Shown here: piece by piece, positions 37,175 through 48,933 of the stretch
Layout of the letters: the number at the start of each line of letters is the position of its first letter
Numbering within the stretch: position 1 is the first letter of the stretch
Assembly (NCBI RefSeq): GCF_001194135.2
Contig: NC_068998.1
Location: forward strand, 18,382,470 to 18,446,469
Direction of reading: 5' to 3'
Length of the DNA: 64,000 nt
Origin: Octopus bimaculoides
Lineage: Eukaryota
Made by a program: the position numbers and the translations under genes
Notes under the pieces: model-generated
The model's input: the letters and a program-made list of their open reading frames with translations, nothing else
Told to the model about the DNA's origin: nothing
The model's database searches: none

Positions 37175-38690
37175 CAAATAAATGAATAATGTACTATATT
37201 CACTCTAGTACAATGGGAAGCCAGTAAAAATACAACCCTTACTTTATGTACCTAAAAATCAGTAACATATCTTATCCTCTTATCTTTTTTCTAACACACA
37301 AATATAATACTACTCACCATCCTTCACAGGTGCATTAAGTAGAGTTAGATAGGAGGGGAGGTAGATTAGGCTCTGAAAAAATGAAAGTTTTATTTACTGT
37401 ATTTTTTTTCTTTTTATTTTCTTTTTTGTCCATTTCAAATACTTTCTACTGATAAGACAATAAGCAGTTTCACATTCAATATCATGACTTTATAACACGG
37501 TCAGGTATGATAATAGCAATGTCTGCGAAATCTAATAATACCGCCATCCAACAGTGCTTTATTTTAAATACTAATGTTTCAGTTGCAGAAGACATTAAGC
37601 CCTAAACAGATCAATAAACATTTATTCTAACAAATTACTTTTGGGATTTTATTACTTTTCAAACCTGGCATTTGAATTTGGAGTTAATAACTGAATATTG
37701 CCTGCAACAAGATAAACTACCAATAAAGTGGTGTACAGTTTAAACAAAAACAAAAAAGAAAAAGAAAAAGAAAAGCAATTCATTGAATTAGAAATAACAA
37801 CTTCACAGTATTTGGCAAATATATAAATGTAATTCTCCGACTTCATAAGAAGCATTGAGAATTGCTTTCATGATTTTGCCATTCATCCTCAACAGCATAA
37901 CTATTAATGCCAGCTATCCTTTATCAAAAATATTAATCTTTATAAATGCTTCAGTATGAATGTAACTAAACCATAAAATATTTGCTCTGTCCGTGTGTGT
38001 ATGGTGTGTGTGTGTGTGTATGTGTGTGTTTTGTGTACACTTTCATGTGTAAAAATTGAAAAGATGTGAAAAGATGCAAAGTCTATATAACTAAGGTAGC
38101 AAAACAGTTGTAGAAGAGTTATAGATTTGTATGTTGCTATTGAATTAGATTCTATTTTAAAAATAATTCTGAGCAAAGAATGGCACTATCCAACTCTATG
38201 CGAATGATCAACCTGCTAGAAATAGCAGCCAAATCCTCCTTCAAAAACCACGGCCTGCTGACTTTAAAATGTATATACAGGATAATGTAGACCTAGGGAT
38301 AATTTTTCTGAGAAAAAAAAAAGAAAGGCAGGATCATGAGAGCATGAGTGTCTTAAAATTTGGATGGTAGAATTAACCTGCTACCTGCTTTAACGTCACC
38401 ACTAAGCTATTGGGTGCCTTTAGTGAACTCTCAATCTGTTGCGAGCATCCAAGTCAAGACTCTGATCAGAGAAACCTTCTTCTGTTTCATCTCCTTCATC
38501 TCAGAGACTTCAAACAGTGCCATGAGTACCGACATTCCTCTTCTGATTAAGCCATTTAAAACAAAAAACAAAAAACACAACTGAGCCTATTTACAGTTCT
38601 ATATTTAAGAGAAGAGGAATTCTGTACGTTATTTACATTATTTACATTATTTACATTCAACGGATATTTGTCCTCATCTTGTTTGTTGTT

Positions 38691-38736
38691 AACACAACGT
38701 TTCGGCTTATATACCGTCCAACCTTCTTCAGGTGTC
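38691..38736 (-). ncRNA. Minimal type-I hammerhead ribozyme motif (second, inverted copy)
   Basis: Minus strand GACAC-CUGAAGA-A-GGUUG-gacgguauau-AAGCC-GAAACGUU-GUGUU. Confidence 0.7.
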
Positions 38737-38810
38737 TTGGGGAAATTTCAAAGAGCACGGGCTACTAACCCCAAGATTCCGAGTTCGATTCCAAGCAGTG
38801 ACCTGAACAC

Positions 38811-38867
<57 letters not shown>

Positions 38868-38928
38868 TAATAATAACAACATCGAAAAATACCTTAGGAA
38901 TGAGAACCCAGGTTCGAAATTTCCCCAA

Positions 38929-38974
38929 GACACCTGAAGAAGTCTGGAGGGTATATCAGCCGAAACGTTGTGTT
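38929..38974 (+). ncRNA. Minimal type-I hammerhead ribozyme motif
   Basis: Stem I GACAC/GUGUU; core CUGAAGA plus an extra A; stem II GUCUG/CAGCC (1 mismatch); GAAA; palindromic ACGU stem III; GUU cleavage triplet. Confidence 0.7.
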
Positions 38975-39099
38975 AACAACAAACAAGATGAGGACAAATA
39001 TCTGTCGAATGTAAAATAATGTAAATAACGTGAGCCTATTTAGTATGTAGATGGTCGACCATTTGGAAATCCTAGGTGCTGTAACTATCTCACTTTTAT

Positions 39100-39482
39100 A
39101 GGCAGAGGTGTAGCTATGTGGTTAGAAGCTTGCTTCCTAACCACATGGATCTGGGTTCAATCTCACTGTGTGACACCTTAGGCAAGTGTCCTCTACTATA
39201 GCCTCAGGTCAACCAGTGCCTTGTGAGTGGATTTGGTCGACAGAAACTGAAAGAAGCCCATTGTATATGTATGTGTACTTGTCCCCTACCACCGCTTGAC
39301 AACAGGTGTTGGTTTGTATACGTCCCTGTAACTTAGTAATTTGGCAAAAAGAGACAAAGAGAATAGGTACCAGGCTTTAAAAATAAGTACTAGGGCTGAT
39401 TCATTCAACTAAAAGTTCTTCAAGGCAGTGTCCCAGCAAGGCCACAGTGTTTATTGACTAAGACACATAAAAGATGAAAGAT
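39100..39482 (+). mobile_element. Family A SINE (full length)
   Basis: Complete family layout. Confidence 0.9.
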
Positions 39483-40368
39483 CTGGGATTAAATAGCAAT
39501 GACAACCAAGGAATAACTGAGTTTAAGTGCTGTTTGAGAGATAATATTTAGTTGTGTAACATTAATTCCTTACATATATCTTTTATCTTTTATCTTTTAC
39601 TTGTCTCAGTCCACTCAACTGTAATTAATTACAGCTGAGTAGACTGGAGAGTTTTGTTCAAGAACACAATGTACTGCTGGTCTGACGATTTAAACCACAA
39701 TTTTACAATCATGAGTGTAACACCCTAACCACTAAGCCACACACATTCACATACATATTTGTGTGTGTGTGTGTGTGTGCATGTGTGCGCGCACGTGTTT
39801 GTATGTACGTGCATGTATATGTATATAAAAAGTCACGAGACACCATGATGAATCTAAGATGTAGGTACAAGAGGTGGTCAGGCTGCATTAGGAGTAGACA
39901 GCCACCATACATATATATATATATATATATANNNNNNNNNNGTTTATTATTGATGGTTTGAAATCATGATTCTTAAGCATTAAAAATTAATGGTCTGTAA
40001 ATAACAGTGTTCTTAATAGGCAACGTTTGTTTTATACTTTTATGGATTTAAAAGTTGGAAACTAACTCCATAAAAACATTTTCATGGTAATTACAAAACA
40101 TCATATCAGTCGAGTTGTGACGAAGATGATCTTAACAATGAATGACGAAAGTTCAGTTTATTATTCTCTAGAAATCAAATTTATTGTTTATATATTTTTT
40201 TTTTATCATTCGATGGTTTTGTAGTAAGGAAGCTCATATCGAGGTGTGTGGTTCTAAGTTTGATTCTGTGGTGTGGAATATTAAACAGGTTTTTTTCTAC
40301 CATGAGCTCATCAACCAAATCAGAGTCATTCAGAAATTTAGTAGCAGGAAACTGTTTTCCACATATAT

Positions 40369-40534
40369 AGGTGCATGCATAGCTGTGTGGTAAGAAACTT
40401 GCTTCCCAACCTCATGGTTCCAGGTTCAGTCCCATAGCATGGCACCTTGGGCAAGTGTCTTCTACTATAGCCTCGGGCCAATCAAAGCCTTGTGAGTGGA
40501 TTTGGTAGACAGAAAATGAAAGTAGCCTGTCGTT

Positions 40535-40586
<52 letters not shown>

Positions 40587-40827
40587 TATATGTATATATC
40601 TACGTGTGTCTTCGTGTTCATGCTTGTCCCTCCATCACCACTTGACAACCATTGTTGGTGTGCTTACATCCCTGTAACTTTATAGTTTAGCAAAAGAAAC
40701 CGATAGAATAAGTACCAGGCTTAAAAAAATAAGTACTGGGGTCGATTCATTCGCCTAAAAAATTCAAGGTGGTGCTCCAATATGACCACAGTCGAATGAC
40801 TGAAACAAGCAAACGAATAAAAGAATA
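40369..40827 (+). mobile_element. Family A SINE (full length, well preserved)
   Basis: Complete layout with internal (TA)n(CA)n and 3' GATAGAATAAGTACCAGGCTT...TACTGGGGTCGATTCATTCG. Confidence 0.92.
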
Positions 40828-43141
40828 TACCTATAAACATACATCTGTCTTCAAATATCTTAGGCACCCTGTATATATATATATGGCATTAGGAGGGTCA
40901 TCCAACCACAGAAACCATGCCAGACCAGACAATGGGGCCTGGTGCATCCCCTGTCCTTACCAACTCCAGTCAGACTGCTCAACATAATCCAGCATGGAAA
41001 ACGGACATTAAATGATGATGATGATTTATTTATTAGAGGTGGCTGTATGATAAGAAGTTTACTTCCCAACCACATTTTTCTGCATTCAGTCCCACTGCAT
41101 GGCAGCTTGGGCAAATTTCTACTACAGCCTTGGGATGACCAAAACCTTGTGAGTGGATTCGGCAGATAAAGACTGCAAGAAGCCCATCACTGCTCTGTGT
41201 ATGTGTGTGTGTGTGTGCGTGCATGCATGCATGAGTAAGTGAGTGAGAGAGAGAGAGAGAGAGAAATGGCATAAAAATTTAGGATTTTGGGAAAAAATAT
41301 TGTGTAATGTTGAATTTATATTTGAGCAGAGTTAGTTTTTTTAGGTTGAGTATTCCTGAGAAATTCTGTAATCGTCTCATTTTCTAATCAAATAGATAGA
41401 GTAAAATATTATGTAACTGACATATTTTGAGGCATAGGCATTATTTTTCCTTCTAGTTATATAACCAGTTGTATGTAGTAAGTGAAATTAGTGACTAGAC
41501 CCAATTGTGAATAGAGGGAGCTTAACGTATTTATAACACCTCTGTTGATAAGACTTTCCTACTTTGAGGTGGATTTTAGGAAAGTGATAACATATTCCGG
41601 TGAAAGAATGGCTGTAAATGAGTAAGTGACATAAGGCTTTTATCTGCAGGTGTGAATATTGACTTCCAAAGAACTGAGTCGAAACTGGAGAATGAAAAGA
41701 ATTAAGTATAATTGTAAATGAGAAGGCTTGAAGAATAGCAATAAGAGATAAATGTGCATGGCAAAAATAAAGAAACAAACTGAGATAGTATCTTTTTGCA
41801 GAAGTAAAGCATAGAAAATCTGGCTAAAAGCAATTGGACTACAGAGTTAACAACTGGCTTATAGATAAAATGTATGTGAAAGAATCCAATACATAGGAAA
41901 ATAGTAAAGTAGAAGATAAAATATGACAATAATGGAGATGAAAGAAAAAGCCAATGCATGCATATACATGCACACACACACACACACACACACATAGAAT
42001 TGCATGCTTCATACGATTAAGATATCTGTACAAACACAGACTTATCTTCTGATATACATGCAATTAACTAATATGTATGTGCACTGTTACAGACCATACA
42101 TAAATTCTTATATACACATGTAGCTATGGACATATTAATCTAATTTCCAGAGCTTTTAATCATATTCCTTACACGTTGCTGTAGAATACAACAAGTCTGT
42201 GAAGCCAGTGCCAAATTTAGATCAACAAAGTATAATGTAACTGATCCAGCACCATCATTTTATGGTATGTGAATTCATATAATATTAAGTAACTGTGAGC
42301 AGAATTACTCAATAGTTCTAGCCTACAGCCAATGAACTAGCAACCATGTCCATGTGGAGATCATGCAAGTGTACAGATGCCTCGTGTAGAACAGATTATG
42401 CATAACAAACAATATTCGTCAATATAATAGTGGAAGGGAAGTGGTGGTGGTGGTGATGGTGGTTGTGGTGGTGGTGGTGGTGGTGACGACAAGGGTGGGT
42501 TTCAAAATGCAACCTGTTTGGTCCAATACAGCTTAGCTACAAATCAATTGATGCTCCCAAACATTATTTTAGAACTAAGAAACTCAGTTATCACTTCATT
42601 CAAGAAAAGTTAGTTGTGAATGCAGATAGAATTCAAACGAGTTTCACAAAGAATTAACTATCAAAATAAGAACAGATTTGGTTTACCACTATTTTAAATT
42701 TAATAATGTAGTATCTATAACAACCAAATGACAAAGGGACACTCAAACAACCTGTTCTTACATAATTCCTAACAAAATTTATTGAGTTATTTACTTCAGA
42801 AAAGATAAGATATACAAACGACTTCTAAACAAAGTCACCTAAATCTGAGATTACTATTTGGGTAAACAACCATCAGTTTTTCTTTGATACAAAGACATAT
42901 TGCTATTTATCTGTATAAATATAACATTAAAATCTAAATGATTCACAACATTTCTAAACATGATGTTTTATTAAATGAATACATTACCATGAACACATTT
43001 CAACATTTAAATCCTAAGCTGATAGTGGAGAGAAACAATTATGAAAAAGTGACATAGGAAATTTTATGGCCCCAAAAATATATATGACAATGGCTATTAA
43101 GAAATCCGAGCCTATTTATAACTTCAAATGTAACATTAATT

Positions 43142-43523
43142 AGGCATGGCTGTGTAACTAAGAAACTCACTTTGCAACTGTGTGGTTTTGGGTTCAGTCT
43201 CACTGAACGACACTGTGGGCAAGGGTTTTCTATTATAGCCCCAGACCAATCAATGTCTTGTGAGTGAATTTGGTAGAGACTGTGTGGAAGCCTGACGTGT
43301 GTGTGTGTGTGTGTGCTTTTGTCGCCCACCACCATTTGACAGCCAGTGTTAATTTGTTTGCATCCCCATAACTTCATGGTTCCACAACAGAGGCTGATAG
43401 AATAAGTACAAGACTTTAAAAAAATAAATAAATACAGGGTTGCGTTATTCAATTAAATCCCCCTTCAAGGCAATACCTAGCATGATTGCAGTCCAATGAC
43501 TAAAACACATAAAAGATAAAAGA
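43142..43523 (+). mobile_element. Family A SINE (older copy)
   Basis: Full layout; its A-rich tail is directly followed by a younger copy. Confidence 0.88.
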
Positions 43524-43540
43524 TTAAAAAAAAAACTTTT

Positions 43541-43937
43541 CGGCTGTGTGGTAAGTAGCTTGCTTACCAACCACATGGTTCTGGGTTCAGTCCCACTGCG
43601 TGGCACCTTAGGCAAGTGTCTTCTACAATAGCCTGGGGCTGACCAAAGCCTTGTGAGTGAATTTGGTAGACGGAAACTGAAAGAAGCCCGTCGTATATAT
43701 GTATATGTATATATGTGTGTGTCTGTGCGTTTGTGTGTCTGTATTTGTCCCCCCAACATTGCTTGACAACCAATGCTGGTGTGTTTACGTCCCCGTAACC
43801 TAGCGGTTTGGCAAAAGAGACTGATAGAATAAGTACTAGGCTTACAAAGAATAAGTCCTGGGGTCGATTTGCTCGACTAAAGGTGGTGCTCCAGCATGGC
43901 AGCAGTCAAATGACTGAAACAAGTAAAAGAGTAAAAA
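43541..43937 (+). mobile_element. Family A SINE (youngest-looking copy, CpGs retained)
   Basis: CGGCTGTGTGGTAAGTAG...GCGTGGCACCTTAGGCAAGTGTCTTC...GACGGAAACTGAAAGAAGCCCGTCG...GGGGTCGATTTGCTCGACTAAAGG. Confidence 0.95.
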
Positions 43938-44848
43938 AGTACTACTTACTCAAATCATTATTTACTGAACCTAAAATAATTTATCTTATGTAATCTTAAA
44001 TAAGAAATCATCCTGCTTTGAACACAACTCTCATATTGTATGTCAAAGCAATATTTGTTCACTGTAAATGCAATCTGGCTGTTGTCATTGCTACATGCAT
44101 CTGCCAATGCTGTTATCACTATGAAATATCACAAGATTAACATACAACACCAATCCGCTTTAGCATTGATCATCGCAATAGCTACAGTACCATAAAGTCT
44201 AATAAGATTAACTTTTCCATATAAAACCACAAGGGAGCCTTAACAAGTCTTTTAATTTCCATCTATCCCTGCTAGGCTAGAGTCAACCTGCAACTATGTT
44301 AATTGCACTTGCCTAAGATATGATGCAGTGGGATCAAACCTTGGATCCTATGGTTGTAAAGTGAATTTCTTCAACATGTAACCACATCTGCCATTGACAA
44401 AAATAATAATAGAAATAACTGATTGAAACAGTAGCTAAATTTCCCTCAATTTATACCTACCATCTTAAAAAATAGAATGTTAGAAAATGTAATGCATGTA
44501 TGCAGCAACATACCCATACACTTGCANNNNNNNNNNNNNNNNNNNNNNNNNNNNNNNNNNNNNNNNNNNNNNNNNNNNNNNNNNNNNNNNNNNNNNNNNN
44601 NNNNNNNNNNNNNNNNNNNNNNNNNNNNNNNNNNNNNNNNNNNNNNNNNNNNNNNNNNNNNNNNNNNNNNNNNNNNNNNNNNNNNNNNNNNNNNNNNNNN
44701 NNNNNNNNNNNNNNNNNNNNNNNNNNNNNNNNNNNNNNNNNNNNNNNNNNNNNNNNNNNNNNNNNNNNNNNNNNTTTAGCGACACAACAGACTGTAAAAG
44801 GGCAAGACAAATGAAAAAATACTAAATAAAAAAAAATATATATATATA

Positions 44849-45539
44849 CAGTAATACCTCACTCTAAGAGGACCCACTTTACAAGAACTCAGGTTTATGG
44901 GTTTTATTTTATAATAAATATAAAAAGGTTAAACAGTCATTTGGTGTGTGTGTGGCAATGTCACACTGGTTCTGACGCATCCACACAGCTGCTTATAGTG
45001 ACAGAGTAAAATTACAATATAATATTTCAATGTATTATATTGCGTGTGCGCTTTGTTGAAAGAAATTACTATAATCTAATTCTTCGTACCACATATTTGA
45101 AAGGACTTGTGGAAGCATTTCAACATTTGGATAAAGCCTTGGAAATTTTTCAAGCACAAAATCCAAATTTTGAACAAAGTACAAAAGTTTCCTACTGCCA
45201 TAACAAATGTTTCTAGACCTGTTTTTTAAAAAGCAATCTATATGTGGTGGTATACACAAGTCTAGTGAAAGTGATTCAGAAAATGATTATAATAATTCTC
45301 ATTTTTATTTCTAAATGATCTTGACATTCTTTTTAATTTACATAAAACATTCTTTACATTCTACTATTGTTTTATTGCCATTTATTTACAAGTATTATGA
45401 ATTTTCCAGGTAAAATATTTTTCTGGGAATGAATTATGATTTATAACATTGCTACTGTGGGAAATTATTGCTGTGCTTTACAAGTTTTCACTTTATGAGC
45501 GGTTTCTGGGAACAAATTAACTCGTATGTCAAGGCATTA

Positions 45540-45542
<3 letters not shown>
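44849..45542 (+). mobile_element. Tigger (pogo-like) internally deleted DNA transposon, ~694 bp
   Basis: Imperfect TIRs CAGTAATACCTCACTCTAAGAG and the reverse complement CAGTAATGCCTTGACATACGAG, with TA on the left. Internal + frame LKGLVEAFQHLDKALEIFQAQNPNFEQSTKVS matches the Tigger transposase C-terminus (LxEAF...AL..FE..DPN.ER..KV). Confidence 0.8.
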
Positions 45543-45571
<29 letters not shown>

Positions 45572-47922
45572 AGTTAAAGAAGTGATTTTTTTAAATTCTC
45601 AATCGCAGAATAATGCTAATAATATAGCCTGAACAGGATAAACTACCCCTATTTTGAAATGAAGAAAATAATATATAAAAAAAATAATATATAAAAAAAT
45701 AATATATAAAAAAATATATATACCAATACATTATATTGTCTTTGAGCTTTTGAAGTTCAATGGTAGTTCATGTATATNNNNNNNNNNNNNNNNNNNNNNN
45801 NNNNNNNNNNNNNNNNNNNNNNNNNNNNNNNNNNNNNNNNNNNNNNNNNNNNNNNNNNNNNNNNNNNNNNNNNNNNNNNNNNNNNNNNNNNNNNNNNNNN
45901 NNNNNNNNNNNNNNNNNNNNNNNNNNNNNNNNNNNNNNNNNNNNNNNNNNNNNNNNNNNNNNNNNNNNNNNNNNNNNNNNNNNNNNNNNNNNNNNNNNNN
46001 NNNNNNNNNNNNNNNNNNNNNNNNNNNNNNNNNNNNNNNNNNNNNNNNNNNNNNNNNNNNNNNNNNNNNNNNNNNNNNNNNNNNNNNNNNNNNNNNNNNN
46101 NNNNNNNNNNNNNNNNNNNNNNNNNNNNNNNNNNNNNNNNNNNNNNNNNNNNNNNNNNNNNNNNNNNNNNNNNNNNNNNNNNNNNNNNNNNNNNNNNNNN
46201 NNNNNNNNNNNNNNNNNNNNNNNNNNNNNNNNNNNNNNNNNNNNNNNNNNNNNNNNNNNNNNNNNNNNNNNNNNNNNNNNNNNNNNNNNNNNNNNNNNNN
46301 NNNNNNNNNNNNNNNNNNNNNNNNNNNNNNNNNNNNNNNNNNNNNNNNNNNNNNNNNNNNNNNNNNNNNNNNNNNNNNNNNNNNNNNNNNNNNNNNNNNN
46401 NNNNNNNNNNNNNNNNNNNNNNNNNNNNNNNNNNNNNNNNNNNNNNNNNNNNNNNNNNNNNNNNNNNNNNNNNNNNNNNNNNNNNNNNNNNNNNNNNNNN
46501 NNNNNNNNNNNNNNNNNNNNNNNNNNNNTATATATATATATATATGTATTTATGTGTGTGTGTCAGTGTTTGTCCTCCCACCATTACTTGACAACCGATG
46601 CTGGTGTCTTTATGTCCCTGCAACTTAGTGGTTCAGCAAAAGATATCCATGGAATAAGTACTAGGCTTTTTGCTGATTAAAACTCCTTAAGGCAGTGCTC
46701 CAGCATGGCCATGGTCAAATAACTGAAATGATTAGAAGACTAAAATAACGTGTGTGTGTGTATATACATCCACACACACACATACACTCAAAGGCATGCT
46801 TTTGTGTAGATATAGCCACACATTTACACATTCATATAACCTGAAAAAAGAAGGGATGGTGGTCACAGCTGGAATGCATTTCATCATAGCTCTACTAGAT
46901 CAGAGCTGACCTAGGGTTAAACAGCAACAACAACAACCACATTAACAAGCTACCTACCTTACTTTTAACTCTAGCACTATTATTTACCTCCTCGTACTGT
47001 TAAGAACCAATTTAAACTCCTCCAACGATAACTACAAAATTATCTCTAAAGCATCAGGGTTATTATCTGCATATAAATATTGCTAGAAGAAATTTCTTTC
47101 ACTTCTAAAAAGAGATTATTCAAACAACGAAAAGAAAGAAAGGAAGAAAATATGTCAATGAAACTTACATACAATAGTATAACAACAACAGCTACTGCAA
47201 TAATGGTTAAAGAAAAAAAATAAAAAGAATTAAAAGGAGAAGAAACTAGTAAATGCTAAATCAATTATTTTTCTTAATTCCAGCAGATGTATTTGCTTGC
47301 CTGCAGCTTAAAGATGGCACTACAGCAATATATCTGCTTTCAAAGGAGAATCATAGACAGTTTCAAAGATCGATGGATTTCACAATAAAGCTTTTTGAGA
47401 TACAGTTATTTATGGACAGAAATAAAAATTTTTAAAACAAAAAGGAAAGAAAGAAAATAGAATATTAATTAATTTCCTTATAACCATTCACCCACACCAT
47501 GTCTATTTTTATACCCATCTTTGTATAGAAATATACAGAAAAAACGGTAAACCATTAAATTATTCCTCAATGTTCTCATTACTCAACAATTTTGGTATTC
47601 CACAACTGAGTTGAGGTATCTTTTATTTGTTTCAGTCTCTGGACAATGGCCATGCTGGAGCAAAGTTTTGAAGTGTTTAGTTAAACAAATTGGCTTCATT
47701 ACTCTTTTTTTAAAGCCTGGCACTTATTCTATAGGTCTCTTTTGTCAAACTGCTAAGTTACAGGCACATAAACAAACCAACACTAGTTGTCATGCAGTGG
47801 TGAGAGACAAACACACACACATGCATATTTCCAGTGTCTCATGTATCTGAAAAAGAAGCACACTCTGAAACATAGAGCAGTAATGTATCTATATGCACTA
47901 TGACTGGACATACACCTAACTG

Positions 47923-47960
<38 letters not shown>

Positions 47961-48553
47961 CANNNNNNNNNNNNNNNNNNNNNNNNNNNNNNNNNNNNNN
48001 NNNNNNNNNNNNNNNNNNNNNNNNNNNNNNNNNNNNNNNNNNNNNNNNNNNNNNNNNNNNNNNNNNNNNNNNNNNNNNNNNNNNNNNNNNNNNNNNNNNN
48101 NNNNNNNNNNNNNNNNNNNNNNNNNNNNNNNNNNNNNNNNNNNNNNNNNNNNNNNNNNNNNNNNNNNNNNNNNNNNNNNNNNNNNNNNNNNNNNNNNNNN
48201 NNNNNNNNNNNNNNNNNNNNNNNNNNNNNNNNNNNNNNNNNNNNNNNNNNNNNNNNNNNNNNNNNNNNNNNATATATAAGGCAAGGAAGAAAATGGAGAA
48301 GAGATTCAATTTTATTCCTATGATTATAATAAATAAATCTTACTGATGTTTGTCAATTGAATCTCTTCTCTATTTTCTTCTTTGCTTTATAAATTCTGGA
48401 TAAACTTTTGTTTACCCCCACTTGTACCTATTATTCAATTGTACTATTGTCTTGCAGCAATAAGCCTTTGAATATAAATAGGTATCCCTGCAATAGTATA
48501 TTGGATATTTATTATCCCTTAGATGGTTGTCTAACCTCTAACTCACATATACT

Positions 48554-48585
<32 letters not shown>

Positions 48586-48898
48586 TGTATGTGTGTGTGT
48601 ATGTATGCATGTATGCATGTGTGTATTATGTATGTGTGTATTATTTATGTATGTATGTATGCATGTGTCTATGTTTTTCCCACCACCATCGCTTGACAAC
48701 TGATGTTGGTGTGTTTATGTCCCTGTAAGTTAGCGGTTTGGCAAAAGAGGCCAATAGAATAAGTACTAGGCTTACAAGAAGAAGTCTTGAGGCCGATTTC
48801 TTCAGCTAAAACCCTTTAAGGCCTTGCTCCAGCATGGCTGCAGTCAAATGACTGAAACAACTAAAATAACACACACACACACACATATATATATATAG

Positions 48899-48933
<35 letters not shown>

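Larger units (their letters stand above)
38594..39030 (+). mobile_element. tRNA-headed element with Penelope-type inverted termini, 12-bp TSD
   Basis: TSD TGAGCCTATTTA (38582-38593, 39031-39042). Inverted arms 38626-38749 and 38916-39031. Centre holds a truncated tRNA-like head with B-box GAGTTCGATTCC and an (AAT)n tract. Confidence 0.85.

Noticed and set aside
37468-37504. 37-nt + strand micro-exon candidate (FHIQYHDFITRS, CAG|GTATGA)
   Set aside because: Good donor but weak acceptor. Short open frames of this size are expected by chance.
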